DNA of 64,000 nt from contig OZ176051.1 in the NCBI GenBank assembly GCA_964247055.1, forward strand, positions 8,680,001-8,744,000, written 5' to 3'. The stretch comes from Paragordius varius. Lineage: Eukaryota; Animalia; Nematomorpha. Every line of letters begins with the position of its first letter. Position 1 is the stretch's first letter. The notes below the pieces were generated by a model. The model worked only from the letters and a program-made list of their open reading frames with translations, did not search any database and had not been told where the DNA came from. Made by a program: the position numbers and the translations under genes. Of the stretch, positions 1 to 14,429 are shown piece by piece.

Positions 1-451
1 GTGGGCATATTTTTGCATAAGGTTTTCCAAATTTTTTACGGCCCGCACAAAGATACTCGGAAGGCCGCCTTAGGCCCCCAACCAAATGTTAAATATTATA
101 AAATTAGCGTAAAAATTTTGTTTAAGATCCAACATAAAGTGTTAAATGACCTTTGTGATAAAAATTGTATATTTTTAAAAATTTTACTACCTCCGTAACT
201 AGAGATTTTTTAAGTTAGCCGCATATATTAATTCGAACCATCGATAAAATAAAAAATATTATCTTCACTCAAATTCCAAAAATTATAACATTTAAGAATT
301 AGTCATTAATGATTGTGCACTGGAATATACTTGGAAAAATTGTCATTCAATAATTGTGTTTTAATAAAAATTATCTCCATATATTACGCTAATAATGGTT
401 AAAAGTTGTTTTTATATTCTTATTTTAATATTTATCATCAAAAATAAAACC

Positions 452-617
452 GTTTTTATTGACTGGGAAAACGTTTTTATTGATTGGGAAAATGTTTTTA
501 TTGACTGGGAAAATGTTTCGATTGACTGGGAAAACGTTTCGATTGACTGGGAAAATGTTTCGATTGACTGGGAAAACGTTTCGATTGACTGGGAAAACGT
601 ATTTAGACTGGGAAATG
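452..617. repeat. 21-bp minisatellite, consensus GTTT(TT/CG)ATTGACTGGGAAAA(C/T), 7 full copies plus 1 degenerate
   Basis: Units start at 452, 473, 494, 515, 536, 557, 578 and 599, head to tail with no spacers. This explains the repetitive ORFs 395..637, 425..697 and 459..689. Confidence 0.95.
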
Positions 618-3600
618 GTATATATTTCAGAGTGTAAATTCAGGATTAATTTAGGTAAGTTTAGAAACTTATGTAAAAACATGAGATAAACGTCCATTCG
701 ATACGGTTTATATTATATGTTTTTAAAATGAACATTTCGAAAAAAAATTTTGCTATCTATTTAAACTAATGTTTTATTATTGCGAGAAAGGCTTTTATTT
801 TCTATCTCAGATACTGAACTAGATTCACCATTTTTTAACAAAATATTAGCTAGCTAGATGGTGCGCAAAAATCACGCACTTTTATTCAAAACTTATACTT
901 TTTACACAAATTTTTATTTTTATTTTATTTAAAATTTCCAATTTTGCATTTACTACTCACTAAATAATAATAATATACAATCTAAGTAAATTATTGAAAC
1001 AACTTTATTTTCATAAAATAAACGAGAAAGTTGTGTTAATAAGGTTTGAAAAGCTAATTTTGAAGTTACAAAATAGATCCTCGGTATATCTGTGGTATTT
1101 TCATTTACATATTTAATAATATTTAATTAAATGATATTTATTTATAATTACGTTTAATATAAATAATCAGTTGAATATTAATTTTTAGTAATATTGTTAA
1201 TTATATATTTAATTAATAATCCTATGTTTGTTGGATGCCCAACGCATAAGGAATATAGAAAATTTATATTAAAATATAGACCTAATTGGTATTCCAGTAT
1301 ATCCACAGCTAAATTCAAAATAAAATTGTAATATCTTTATAAAAATGTGTCATAAAATTTTTTAGAAACCAAGTGAAGATGGTATTATTCCACTATGATT
1401 GAGGTAAACTATTTATTATCGATATAATTATATATATACCTGAAAATCTATGGTTTTTAATTTCACATAATATGGAACGCACTGGTGGATGAAATGATAA
1501 TTATGTAAAAATATTACTATTATTAATCAAATCCAAAACTATGGTTGAATACATAAGGACTAAAAAAATATTGAATTTAAAATATACGAATTCGAGCGAA
1601 TCCCATATGCTAAATAGAGTAATAATATTATTAGTAAATTATATTGTTAAATAATCTTTGAATGGTCTTACTTCGATTTGTGGTAGACCTTCAAAGCATA
1701 AATAAGTAACTATATAATAAAGTGCTTTAATTTGATCATTTAATTTGCCATTTTATTAATATTTTTAAATTATATTGATTAATAATATCTAAACCTAAAA
1801 GCAACATAAAAAATTAAAAATTGATGGATCTGATGCATGGAACCTATTAACCAAATAAATATTTGTTTCATGTTGCATTTGCAATGAAATAACAATTTTA
1901 TATTTTTAATCGCAATCAAACCTTTGTATTTACTACATATTAATTCCATAAATAATTATAGTATAAATCATTGGTACTAACCAAATCATCAAAAAAATTT
2001 AAAGGGCCAAAAAAATTATTTTTTTCTTAAGGGTTCATAGTCATATAATACCGATAAATATTTCACAGCTGTTGTGCACATTGGCAGTTATACAGATTTT
2101 ATGGGCTACTCATTTCACACTATAGTTGGGCAATTTAGAACACAATAGTGTAGAAAAAACAACAAAATGTTGAATAATCATTTTTTTGCTTTCTATTTTC
2201 AATACACTACTATGTTGCAAATTTTCACTTTTAGTGTGAAATAAGCAACCATTAAAATGCATACTGTATATACCTAAATATATCAAAAAATAAAAATGAT
2301 ACAGCGCCATAAGGACCTTTTAGGGCCACTATTTGAGTATCAAATTGGTAAAACCATGTTTTAAGATTATAGTAATTTTGTCGATAAAATTTTTAACGAA
2401 AAACGAAAGAGATGAATTGCGGTCTATTTGTCTATGGTTGAGTTGCGCCTTATGCAGGGCCGATTATTTATTCTATAATTTATCTGCTTTTGTCCGGTTT
2501 ATTACCGCTACCAAGCAAAAATGTTTTAGAGTTTTTATACAAATTTCCAATTTTTTTGAGCACGCGCATTGCACATTTAATCGGCAAGCCGAGCAATCAG
2601 TTTGACTCTGTTTGAAATTCCAATAGTTCGACACGATTTTGCGCGGTTTCAGTATTCGTTTCTTAGGAAGTTCGTGTCGTTTAAGAATCATAATGTTAAT
2701 TATCTATATTTTCCGGTCGCCCCGTTATATTAAGCCACCGTTCTTATAAAAAATCCTGATAAAATATTGGATTAACAATACAATTATATGTAAAAAGTAA
2801 ATTACTTGTATTGTAAATTAAGCAATACTCCAAATTTTTGAAATACACATAAGGCTCATTGCTATTTCTTTCTAACATATTATATATATATATATATAAT
2901 AGTTTAGTTAAATATTTTTAAATACCTAGGTACGTTGACCAGCTATTGACTATATTAAGAGTAAACAAAATTCCATCCGTTTTTATTTAATTGATTATAA
3001 ATAATTATTATAAATAACGTACTAAGGGCAAGAGTGTCTAAATATTTTTTAAATCAATTTTTACCCTTTTGTTGTTCAATTAATGGTCTTGTTAAAGCTG
3101 CATCTCGATACGAGAAGTGGGAATTCGGATGCATATCTAATTTATTAATATCATTAAATATATTGTGCTATTAAATTTATAAATTGAAAATTTTTGGCAA
3201 AACGTTACTTTAGATTGAAAAAGATAATTACTTTAATTTTTTCGTTATTTTGAGTTTTATTAAATAATCTAGGATTAAAAATTTCACCAAGAGTGAATTA
3301 AATTTAAATAACTTAGCAAATAATATCCGCTAAAATAAAAACATATAAGTGACTTTTGCAATTCTATTTGTGATATTTTACCATAAATTTCATCTATTCC
3401 ATATTTCGGAGTTTAAGATTGTTATTTAAAATTAAAAAATGACCATTTCGAAAATAGGATTTAAGGTATAATAAAATTTATATTTTTTAGGTTAAAGTCT
3501 TATACATTAGAGGGAATATATATAACCTTAGGTAAACTTTTGGATATAACATAAGTATTAAGTGAATCATAACATATTTCATAACAAAAGATAATTTTAA

Positions 3601-5762
3601 CTTACAAAAAGTAATATGTTCCATGTTTGTTCCTGTCACGAGACAAATGAAAATCATCAAATTCAATTTCATTTTGCAAATTTTAATTTAAGAAAATGTT
3701 TAAATAAAAATAACTAAAGTCAATGAATTTTTGTATGAAAATAGCAAACGTAACCGTTAAGCTTGTTATACAAAATTTAATTACAATAAATAAATTTACA
3801 GTCTGAATGCCATTCACTTTATATTTTTTAAGCTGCATTCATGCTATAATTAACGAGATAGTTCAAAAAAATCATTTTCAAAATAATCATGTAAATATAC
3901 TAGGTATAAGATTTTAAATTTGAATATAATGATTTAATAGAGGCGTGTTTTTGGAGTTCAAACATATTCTAAGCATACCGTTGTTTAAATAACAACCAAT
4001 AACTTATTTTAATCTTTAAACTCCTGTCTCAAAAATTTTCCTACCGAGTTATTTTTAAGGCTTTGCGTCGTGCTAAAAATTAGCTAAAATGCTAAAATTT
4101 TGTCGCTAGAAAATAATAATATCTTGGATTTACTAGATCAGGGGTGTCCAACATACCGCCCGCGAAGTTTCTGATTCATAATTTTCGATAATTACTCATA
4201 AAATCTCATTGTTTCCTAAACAATTTTTCCAAATAAGTTTATTTAATTGGTAAGAGCAAAAAATTGTTATATTATGGTTAAATTTTACAGTCTAAGGAAA
4301 TCCGATATATGAATGCCCATATATATTTTATGCTACCCGCCAGTAGTTATAATTTCGGCCACTATTTGGGTTGCCCTGGTTGTATTTAGTTAATAAAAAT
4401 TATTATTAAAATGTATATAACTTTCGATAGTTTAAGTTATATTGAAAGATTAAATATGCTGTAAATAAAAAAATTTAAATAGCCGGTAAATATTTTTTTC
4501 CAAAAAAGTATTTTCAAAAAATAAAAGTTTTTTATAACGCAAGAATTAACAAAATAATTTTGATTCGTTAGGCCAATTTTTTTACATTTCACAAACCATT
4601 TTCTAATAACTAATGTATAATAAGTAATTTATTAAACAATGTATAGTTTTAAATATTATTACGCAATATTTTAATCCTTCTTTGGGTCCGTTTAATTTGG
4701 ATTTAACAAAATTGCTACAAAAAATTCAAACAATAGCCAGTTGAGAAAACTTTCCGTCGGTTTCTCTTTTTTAACTTGTTTAAAATAATCGTTAAATTCA
4801 TTATATAATTTGAATGCTTTAGAGTAGTTTAGGCAAAAAACTCTCATAATTATTTTCAATAATAAAGCTGTGGGCTAAAAAATACTCAATATGTATACGC
4901 ATTTAAAAAAAATAAAATAAATTAAAAAAACGAAAAATGTTTCAGTTAACGGATCCATGATTATTAGCTAGACTTCTAAATATGATTCTAATTATATTAG
5001 AGTTCAAATTACATAAAAAACTATATTTAGCCCAATTTTTTCTAGTACATGTGTTCTTGTTTTTAAAAGTTTTTTCGATCCTTTAATTCCAACTGGTCCA
5101 GTGCAACTTTAAAAATATATTCATAATAACTAAAGCTAATGGTCATAATAATTATATACCATTTTAATATATATTTAAAATAACCTATAATTTAATTAGT
5201 TTGGTTTTGAGGAAATACAAGTTAAACTGTTGACACCATTTTTGTTTCAAATTTTGGAAAATTATCATGTAGCTAAGGTTAAGTTTCTAATATTTTTTTC
5301 CATTTTAGAAAAATTAGGACGGAAATAATTATTTAAGCTCCAATCTATTTAATGCTATTAGCTCATAAAGCCGGGTGTCCAAAACAAATGGTTCGGTAAG
5401 CATATTTAGATCGAAAAATTAAACGGGTATTATTCGGAAAACTAATAAATATATTTTATATAAAAATATGAAGGCTAAAAACTACTATTTTTTACGTTTT
5501 TAAACCATAGGTCTTTAAATCGCGCTCCCACAAAATATTTCTACAGCCCTATATATAATTATAAATAATACGGAATAAATCACTTTAAAAAATTTTTCTT
5601 GGTTGTTATATAGGTGTAAGTTATATATATTTATTTAAATTGGTTTAGTGCCATTGTCCTAAGTATATTTAGACATGATTTTTATTTAACAGATTTTTTG
5701 GGGTAATCTCCCAGCCCAGGGTCATTTAAAATATAAGCACTTTAAAAAATATTTTTAGCATG

Positions 5763-6707
5763 TGGTAATCATTCCATATCAGAAAATGGCAATATTAGGG
5801 CACATATTAAATAAATTTAATTTGGTGAAAGCTAGAACTTCATTCCAATAAAAATCACTAAAATATATTATAAACTACATATAAAAAAACAATGTTTTCA
5901 AATATTTAATTATTAGATGTAGAAACTCCCAAGTTTTTTTGCTCTTCTAAAATGGGCTAGTCCTTTCAAATAAACGCAAAAATGCCGGGATAAAATGTTG
6001 AATATAAGCTAATATTAACTAAAAATATTTTTAAAAAATCCATATTTTCAAAAATTTAATTTTTAGCTTAAATTTGTTGAAGCCTACTTTGTACTATTTT
6101 ATATTATGAGGAAAACCGATTAAAAACGCTTTAAGTAATTAAAAAACGCATCTATATAATTCGATGATGCTGATTTCTATCACCTTAAATATTTAAATAT
6201 TCGTTCGTCTTCAAATTTATGTAAGTAAATTTTCTGTTTTTTTATATAATTCACCAAAATTATTTAAAATTTTGAGGTGATAGGAATGTCCAGCATTGAT
6301 TATATAGAAAAGGTGTTTTTGTATCATGTTTAACCGTTTTGATTATGATTTAGAATAATATGAAGTAGGCTTCAACAAATATTTGCTAAAAATTTAATTT
6401 TTGAAAAAAGTATGCATTTCATGAAAAACATTTTAGTTGATATCAAAATTTAGCATATATTTAACAATTTTAGCCTATCCCGGCATTTTTGACTATATTT
6501 TAAGAAGACTAGTCCATTTTAGATGAGCCAAAAAATATGGGAATTTCGAACCTACATCCAAAATTTAAAATCTTTTGATATTATTGTTTTGCTTATATGT
6601 TTTTGATATATTTTGCCGATATCTTTTGGAATGAAGCCTTTAGCTTTCACCAAAAAATTATTAAATATGCGCAAATTTTGCCATTTTCTAATATAGACCA
6701 CTTACCA
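5763..6707. mobile_element. Old foldback/MITE-like element with ~450-bp diverged inverted arms
   Basis: Left blocks AGAAAATGGCAA, TTGGTGAAAGCTA, AAAATGCCGGGATA, TTTGTTGAAGCCTACTT and CTATCACCT recur reverse-complemented in 6265-6707, in mirror order. Confidence 0.7.
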
Positions 6708-7077
6708 AAAAAGGAGAATAACTTTCATCTCTCGTAAGAACCAAAACCAACTATGATAATCCTAAATTTTCCTATCTGAATATATATTAAACAGGTTAAT
6801 GTGGACACTGTGTTGTGCGATTAAATTATACTTGTTTTAGCCTTTCATTAATTTTTTTAAAAAATGTTAAATTGTATAACATTATTGAATCGCTAATGCA
6901 ACGCCTAAATATATGGATATTATAGATATAAAATATTAATAATTAACTTCTAGCTTTTAAATTACAATTTACCAGCAATCAAATTTATGATTAATGTACA
7001 ACAGTTTGCCTCTCTCATGTTTAAAAGCTATTCACATTTGTTATAGATTTTAAAAATTGTAAAACTTGTTTTTCAAT

Positions 7078-7567
7078 TTAACACTTGATACAGGTCTATT
7101 TTCGTGTTCCGATTCAAATTGAGATCTTTAAGGATATAAGGTCAGTTTAAAAGCTATTTATTAAAATATGGAAATTGAAACCCATGCAAAAGTTTGCACT
7201 TACATTATGGCACCGAAATATAAAAAAAATTGTTTATAAAAACTGATATTATTTATTTTAGCGATAAACTTCAAGGTAAAAAATTAAGTCAATAACATGT
7301 GTGCATTGGCTAAATTATTAAATAATGCAACATTTTCTGTTTAGAGCAATGTTAAATATGTAAAAACAGCTTTTATTTCGTTATAATTAAATAAACACGA
7401 TATTCAGCAAAAATGTTAAACAAAATGGCGTCGAAGAAAATTAACTATGTAATTTTTTAACTAAATTTTATTTTGATATTTTGACTATTTATATAGTTAT
7501 TAGGATAAAAACATAAATTTCAATTGGGTTTAAAAATTGGATACTCTAATTTGTATCAAAGTGGTAA
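7078..7567. mobile_element. TTAA-flanked non-autonomous element (piggyBac-like MITE family A), diverged copy
   Basis: Starts TTAACACTT and ends AAGTGGTAA. Internal blocks (AAAATGGCGTCGA, GATATTTTGAC, TTAGGATA..CATAAATTT) are shared with 10976-11465, 49208-49785 and 50221-50780. Confidence 0.6.
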
Positions 7568-8222
7568 TACCAAAGATGGTTTGATAAGCGAATCCAACAA
7601 TATGAAACAGTAATTTGTTTATGCTCTAAGGTGTCAAATTACCCCACAATGTCATCGACAAAGTAATGTAATGGAATATTAAGATTAAATATATGAAATC
7701 AATATTTGCTTTTAGTCCAATGTGTATGTTTGATTTCTGGTAAAACCAAAAATATATATAACTTTTTTAGAGTAGTTTTCTGTCTCCTAGGCGATGTTAG
7801 AATTATCTATAGAATTGGGACAATTTAAAATATTTCCATAGCTTTTGGAATAAAAATATTTAGAGACACATTTATTAAAAATTCATTTTTCTAACTGCTA
7901 AATTTAATTTATATTTATATGATTAAGTTAATAATATTATAAATTATTAAGTTTTGAATGTAAGTAATTTTTAGTTACTTAAAAAGTGCTTTAATTATTC
8001 TCTATAAATTATATAATAGTATAAGTAATAGCTAATTTATAGTAGGTAATGTTTAATTATATTTTTGCCTTTGAGTTTAATAATAAATTTGGAAATATTT
8101 ATAAGATTTTTATTCTGTAATATTTGAATTATTGTATAAAGCTAAAGCTACTATCCGAAAGTGTATCGCAAAATTTCAGACTTAATAGGTTCATATGTTA
8201 AACTATTAGTAAAAAAGATCAT

Positions 8223-9574
8223 ATGTATATTTTGAGACCATGCTTTACAGTACGAAATTTTACGTCCCTAATACCGATGGTTGTGGAACAAACAGGTCGA
8301 GGCGAAAGAGCCTATGATATTTTTTCGCGTTTGTTAAAAGAAAGAATCGTTTGTGTTATGGGCACAGTACACTCTATATATCAATATAGATTAATGATGA
8401 AATGTCCAGCTTGGTCGTAGCACAACTTTTATTCCTTCAATCCGAAAGCAATAAAAAGCCGATTCATATGTACATAAATAGTCCTGGTATGTCTTTAAAT
8501 AACACATTTAATAATAATTTATTTTTACAAATAGGTGGGCACGTTACATCAGGATTGGGGATATACGATACAATGCTGTATGTTACAGCCCCTATTTATA
8601 CGTGGTGTGTTGGTCAAGCATGTTCTATGGCCTCATTACTTTTATGCGCTGGTCGCCATGGATTCCGGTATTCGCTACCCAACTCTCGAATCATGATACA
8701 TCAACCACATGGATCTGCCTCAGTAAATTTTTTTAAAAATTAATAAATATGACATATTTTAGCACATTCATAAATAATATATTTTCTGTTGTATGATTAA
8801 ATTTTCTTTTAGGGTCAAGCTACTGACATACAAATTCAAGCTGAAGAAATAATAAAGCTTAAAAAGCAATTGAATCAGCTCTACGTGAGACACACTCATC
8901 AAAATGTAATCCTAAATTTCTTTATTATATTTATGGGTACACAGGGGCCTTGTGCACATGAGTCAATTAACTTAATATTTTTTTAGAAATTTTTACACAC
9001 TCATAATTAGAAAAAGAGTAGTTTATGATTTACTAATTGTATTTTTTTGGAAAATATAGTTATCAACTAAAGAATTTTTTTTTGATATATTTTAAATTTG
9101 TTATCATCCTTTCAAGAATTTTTATTTTTTGTAACTATTTTTTTAATTTTTAAGAAATATTTCAACGGTTCATCGCATAACTAAAAAATGGTCATAATTT
9201 TAAACATTATGATTTACATGCCAAACTATATTTGAAAATTAAAATTTAATGTTTATTGTCTGGAGTCTGATAAGCGTCCAAAATATTCCGATAAAAATGA
9301 GTCTGAAATCAACTATCGCACACGGCTTGTTAAAGAGTTTCATTAGTATTTGCAAAAAAATCTACGGGATATTATTTATATAAACACCCTTTATATGATT
9401 TTTATCAAGCTGAAACAAATTGAAAATGTTATGGAAAGAGATAAATTTATGACACCTACGGAAGCAAAAATATTTGGACTTATAGATGTCGTGTTAGAAC
9501 ATCCCCCAGCCAACATTGCTAAACCCAAAGTGGCAGAAGATGCTGATGAATTAATTATAGATACGAAATCATAA
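8223..9574 (+). CDS. clpP: ATP-dependent Clp protease proteolytic subunit, mitochondrial (228 aa, 5 exons)
   Basis: Exons 8223-8366, 8390-8486, 8535-8722, 8813-8905, 9410-9574 (687 nt, all GT-AG, phases compatible). Motifs [56 protein letters not shown] (catalytic Ser), RIMIHQP (His), GQATDI, MERDKFM. Exons 2 and 3 (97 and 188 nt) match the lengths I recall for human CLPP exons 3 and 4. Confidence 0.97.
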
Positions 9575-10975
9575 TATATTTATACTTTTATAAATAATAA
9601 CATTATACTATGATATCTATTTTAAACATATATAATTGCAAAAATGGTTAGTTTTGACTAACATTTGATTAAAATTTTGCTTTTACACAAGAATAAAATT
9701 AGTAGTTGAAAGTTTTAGACTTGTGAATGGGCCTTATTTTTTTGTTTATCAACTAAAACTCGCATACTTATATGATTATATATAAGATTTAGGTAGAAAA
9801 TTTATTTTTGAGTTTGATTAAAATATTTTTTATTAAATCAAGTTTTTATATTCAACTCTAATTGTAACTACATTTCTTTTTGCTTTGATAATTTTTTGGT
9901 GTTACTCTCTTCATACTTGGCCAACTTACTACTTTTGCGTATTTTCATTTTTAATAATTATTGTTAAACCTAATCCGCTATGCATGACCTCTAAAATGAC
10001 TTTAAAATCTACATTTTTTTAGCCTTCTCATTGATATTCTGGCCATTTATATTAGTAATCTAACCCAGTATTTCAAAGGTATCTGGAACACAAATCTTTG
10101 CTCCTACCCTCCTCTAATATATTGACTAATATTCACATAATAAAAATTTTTTTATTCAATCCAACTTTTTCTCAATCAATTTAACACAATTAAACATTCC
10201 AATCAAATTAACCACTTTTTAATGCCACTTTAATTAAAAAATAATGGCAATAAAACGTTTAATATATATATAATCACTTGTTATAACTGATTTCGCAATT
10301 TTCCTATTTTTTTCTTTTTTAATTTAAACTTATTAATTGAGTTTAATGGGAATGTATTTCAATAAATTAATATTTTTGAAATCTCCGAGAAAGTTTTGAG
10401 TTGGAGTAAAAGAGTGTTTGATTGGTATAGTATTGAGAGTTTGATCAAAAATGAGAAAAGTTTTGTGAGTTATTAAGAGAGGAATTTATATAAATGCTAA
10501 ACAAATTTTTATATTAAATATAGAAAATTTATTTAATGTTCTTCAACAATTAGTTAAACAATACCACAAAGTCATATGCTTTAATTTTGTCAGTTGTATA
10601 AAGGAATTGATCGTTGACAAGTTGTATGTATGTCCCCTGAAATATTTCCTATACCTTATGCTCCATATTATGAAATTTGGATAGACATTGGTTAAGTTTG
10701 CAACATTGTTCAAATAAGTAATCGTAACCCCAAAGGAAGTTTGTTTTATGATCAACTAAAATGACATGGTAAAAATATTATATAAAACTATTTATTAAAA
10801 TTTAGCAACTATTTCACATTATTTAAGCCCCTTAATACGTGCCTTTTCTGCGCTAACTAAATAATGTGTCATTATTTTTAACATATGAAACATCATTAAA
10901 ATGTTAAAGTCAAAGTTTAAATACCTAATAAAAAGGGGAAACCAAACCATCTCTTACCTTTAATCCTCTATTAGT

Positions 10976-11465
10976 TTGACACTTAAATACAACACCTTAT
11001 TCTATGCCTGTTTAAAATCAATATTTCAAAAAATATAAAATGAATTGAAGCCATTGCAAAGATTGCACTTTTTTAACATTGATAGAGCGATTGAAAAGAT
11101 TCAATCGAAAAACTAGATATTACTTATTATAAGAATGCTTAAGGCAAATTTCAACATGACATGTGCGCATTAGCTAAATATAAAAATAATTTTAAAACAC
11201 CACTTTTTCTGTTTATGTTAATAAATTAACTTAAATTTTTAGCGTTAAAATAATAAAACCCGATATTTTGCAATTGTTGTAAAAGTAGTTCGTTATGGAG
11301 TTTTTTTTCAAACCTTAATTATTTTTAGATATTTTGACTTTTTTATATAATTTTATTAGGACAGAGCATAAATTTATGTTATAACAGTCTCTTTCAGTGG
11401 TTTTTAATAATATCAATTTAAATTTAAGGGGTCACTAGTCACCCCAATATGAATCGAAGTGTTAA
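10976..11465. mobile_element. TTAA MITE family A copy
   Basis: Ends CCCCAATATGAATCGAAGTGTTAA, as at 49762-49785. Shares internal ACATGTG..ATT.GCTAAA and GATATTTTGAC blocks. Confidence 0.6.
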
Positions 11466-14429
11466 TTAAGTCTGATACTATAAATCATAAATATATTCTT
11501 TCAAAAAGTATGGAAATATTTGTATAAACGCAACATTTATACTGTAGACAATAAATTTTATTTGAGTTTTTTATTAATTGACATGATTAGAGCAAATATA
11601 CAATTCAAGTTTTAGGACCTTTTTTAACACATGGATTTTGGAACTTTTCTCCATTCTTAGATCTATCACATAAAATAAAAATCTATTTCTTAAAAGCTAG
11701 TTTGTATTCACTTTCTAAATTTGTAATATCTTATAAAATTAAAATTTTTTGGCCATTTTAAGAAAAATTTAAATTTTATTTTTAAACTATTGTTTTTTTG
11801 TAAAGTTATTACTCACGATAGTGCACAAAATCGGGTATATCTGATCGTGAAATGAATTCAATTATCGTGGTTCTTTAGGTTTTCGAGCTTAAGAAAAGAT
11901 TTTTAAATTTTTCAATTGCCCCAAATCCAAAGAATTTTTTTTGATGCTAAAGACGATAAACATTAAATTTAGTTTAAATTTTCGAAGCGGGCTCCAATGA
12001 TCTTAGCTTTTTGTACCAGACCAAAGGCCAGTACAAGTGTCGAGATTGATATGGTATCAAAACATTTTAAAATTTTTTATAAAGCAACCAATCAAAAAAT
12101 TTGTTAGTCCCTAATTAAATTAAATTATTTTTAATTCTTATGGAATATTATTCAGTAACATTGAATTGTAAAAATGTTTTTATATTGTTTCAATGCCTCA
12201 AATACCATATATAAAATCATATTTTGTATTAAAAAGCAAAGCTAACCTATTATTTTAAAGATAATTTACATAATAGCGATTATGCGCTTCCAACATATTT
12301 TAAAATTTTGTGCTTTTTGGGCTCATTTTACCGAAAATGGAGGCATTCGAGGCCAACACCCAAACTGTCAATTATTTTAAATAGTTTTCCTTAGATACAT
12401 ACATACTTATAAATAAATATTGGTTTAAGGTTTTGTCTTTTACATTGAAAATCGATATAATGAGCGCTAATTTTTTTTCGATATGGAGCAATCATTACAG
12501 AAGGAAATTGTTTCTCAAATGATTCAAGACCGTATTCCAATTCACCAGAATTTATATATATCCGAGGCGTATGCATTTCTGGAGCCCAGTGCATGAATCC
12601 GTGATGGTGCCCCCATGAACCCCTTGCATTTTAAAAAAAGTTCAAACCGTGGACATGACCACTCATAAATGGGTGATTTTTTTTATTTATTATTCAAAAT
12701 AAACTTTTAAATACCTATTTATATAAAAAAATTTAAAATCCGACGCCTCTTCAACTATGGCGCCCGGTTCATTAGCTCCCATTTCTCTCCCCTAGCTAGC
12801 CCTCTAATAATAAGGTATTTCATAAACTGAATACATATATCGCGATTAAAATAAATTTTGCCTTCAGAACCGAAATCTAACATAAAGAAACGGCTGAATT
12901 AATAAGTTAATTAGCTTGATAATGTTATTGTTCAAATACTATAATAAAATTGTTTTACATTTCAAAACATTTTGGGGTATTTTAAGCTATTGGAACTTGA
13001 ACCTAAAAATATTAAATTAGGCCTAATTTGAAAGTATGTAGCCTTTTAGAATTATATCGAAATATTTTATATAAAAATATAAAATTGTGAAAAAAATGCT
13101 CAACTCAGATATTATCTCCACTATTTTTTCTTTATATTTTTATATGTGTATATGGTTAAATATAAATAATTAATTTTAAAAGCTTTCAGGTTGCAAACTG
13201 ATATTTATTGATTTTATCAGCTGCTAGTTCAATCGTGTTTGGAGCTGTTTCAATATCTCTAAAAGTTACAAAAATGTAAAAATATAAGCTTTTTAATTAA
13301 TACAGGCCAACAATGTTTGATAATTAAATTATAAATAAAATAACTTTCAAAACAGTAGTTTCTTTACAAGATTGAGCTCTGGAATAAAAAATACCCTATG
13401 TCATCACGAACAAAAAAGTGTTAAGGTCATGAACTGGAAACAAGCGATTAGCAATATTTAATGGCGCCAAAATGTATATATTTGTGTCAGGAAAAAAAGG
13501 TGGATCAAAATATTTTATTACACCCCTCTCAACATGATATCGAATTTCTCTATATATTAAAGGAGTGATTATTTAACTTATTTTCAAAATATATATTAAA
13601 TCATAAATTTAAATCAATTATAAGAATCTAATTACTCTTTGAAATTCCATATTGATCGTGTACAAAGACTTGGATGTTAGGTTATGCAAGCACAAATTCA
13701 AATTTCCAATTATTGGAGTATCCGATATTTTGGCAATAAACTAAAATAAAGTATATTATATTTGAAAAATATTAATAACATTTTCACCTCTTTGTTTTTG
13801 ATAAGAATTGTTAAGCATATACACATGTTATCTATTTTTTTAGGCCAAATTAATTACCAGAAAGGAGGCGCAACTCTAGGGGGGGGGAGGGGGCAAAAAA
13901 TTTGGAATTCAATTAAAAATAAGCCAGAAACAAGTTATAGGATTTCAGATGCGAATTATCAAGATTTACCGATGTAGTGAAAATATTTCAAAAATGTAGA
14001 TATAAGGATATGATGGATTGATTAAGATTTTTATAACATCATAATATATTTCATTTTTATCTGGATTTTAATAAGAGGGGGTGCAAGAACCTTTATTTCC
14101 AAGGTGTGGCCTAAACAAAAAAAGGTTGGGAACTGGGCTAAGCTAATATAATAATTGCATCAATTCATTAAATGGGACACACTAGTATAGACGTCGGCCA
14201 TTTTTTAAAATATGTTTAAGTGTAATACTTATTAAGATTTTCACATTGTACTTCATAAAAAATGATTTTTATATAAAAAGGATTCCTTTTTTAAGAGTAT
14301 TTATAAATAAAACTTAGAAGACAGACATTCAAGTGCTAATATTTTTGCATATATTGGGCAATCATTGGTTTTAAAGGTCATATGTAGAGTATAAGTCGAC
14401 CCTCCTCTACCTCCCCGTCTTCCTTAAAA

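Noticed and set aside
452-617. CRISPR array (also considered for 59945-60325)
   Set aside because: The repeats are head to tail with no unique spacers, there are no cas genes, and the context is eukaryotic.
2333-2700. GC-richer stretch with overlapping ORFs, possible transposase relic
   Set aside because: All frames are interrupted and I could not recognise a convincing motif.
9850-10330. Possible ancient LINE fragment on the minus strand downstream of clpP
   Set aside because: It has purine-skewed, coding-like patches but is too decayed to assign.
10637-10654. Possible 18-nt intron (GTATAGGAAATATTTCAG, minus strand) joining two coding-like frames
   Set aside because: There is no recognisable homology, another frame is open across the same region, and it cannot be supported without RNA data.
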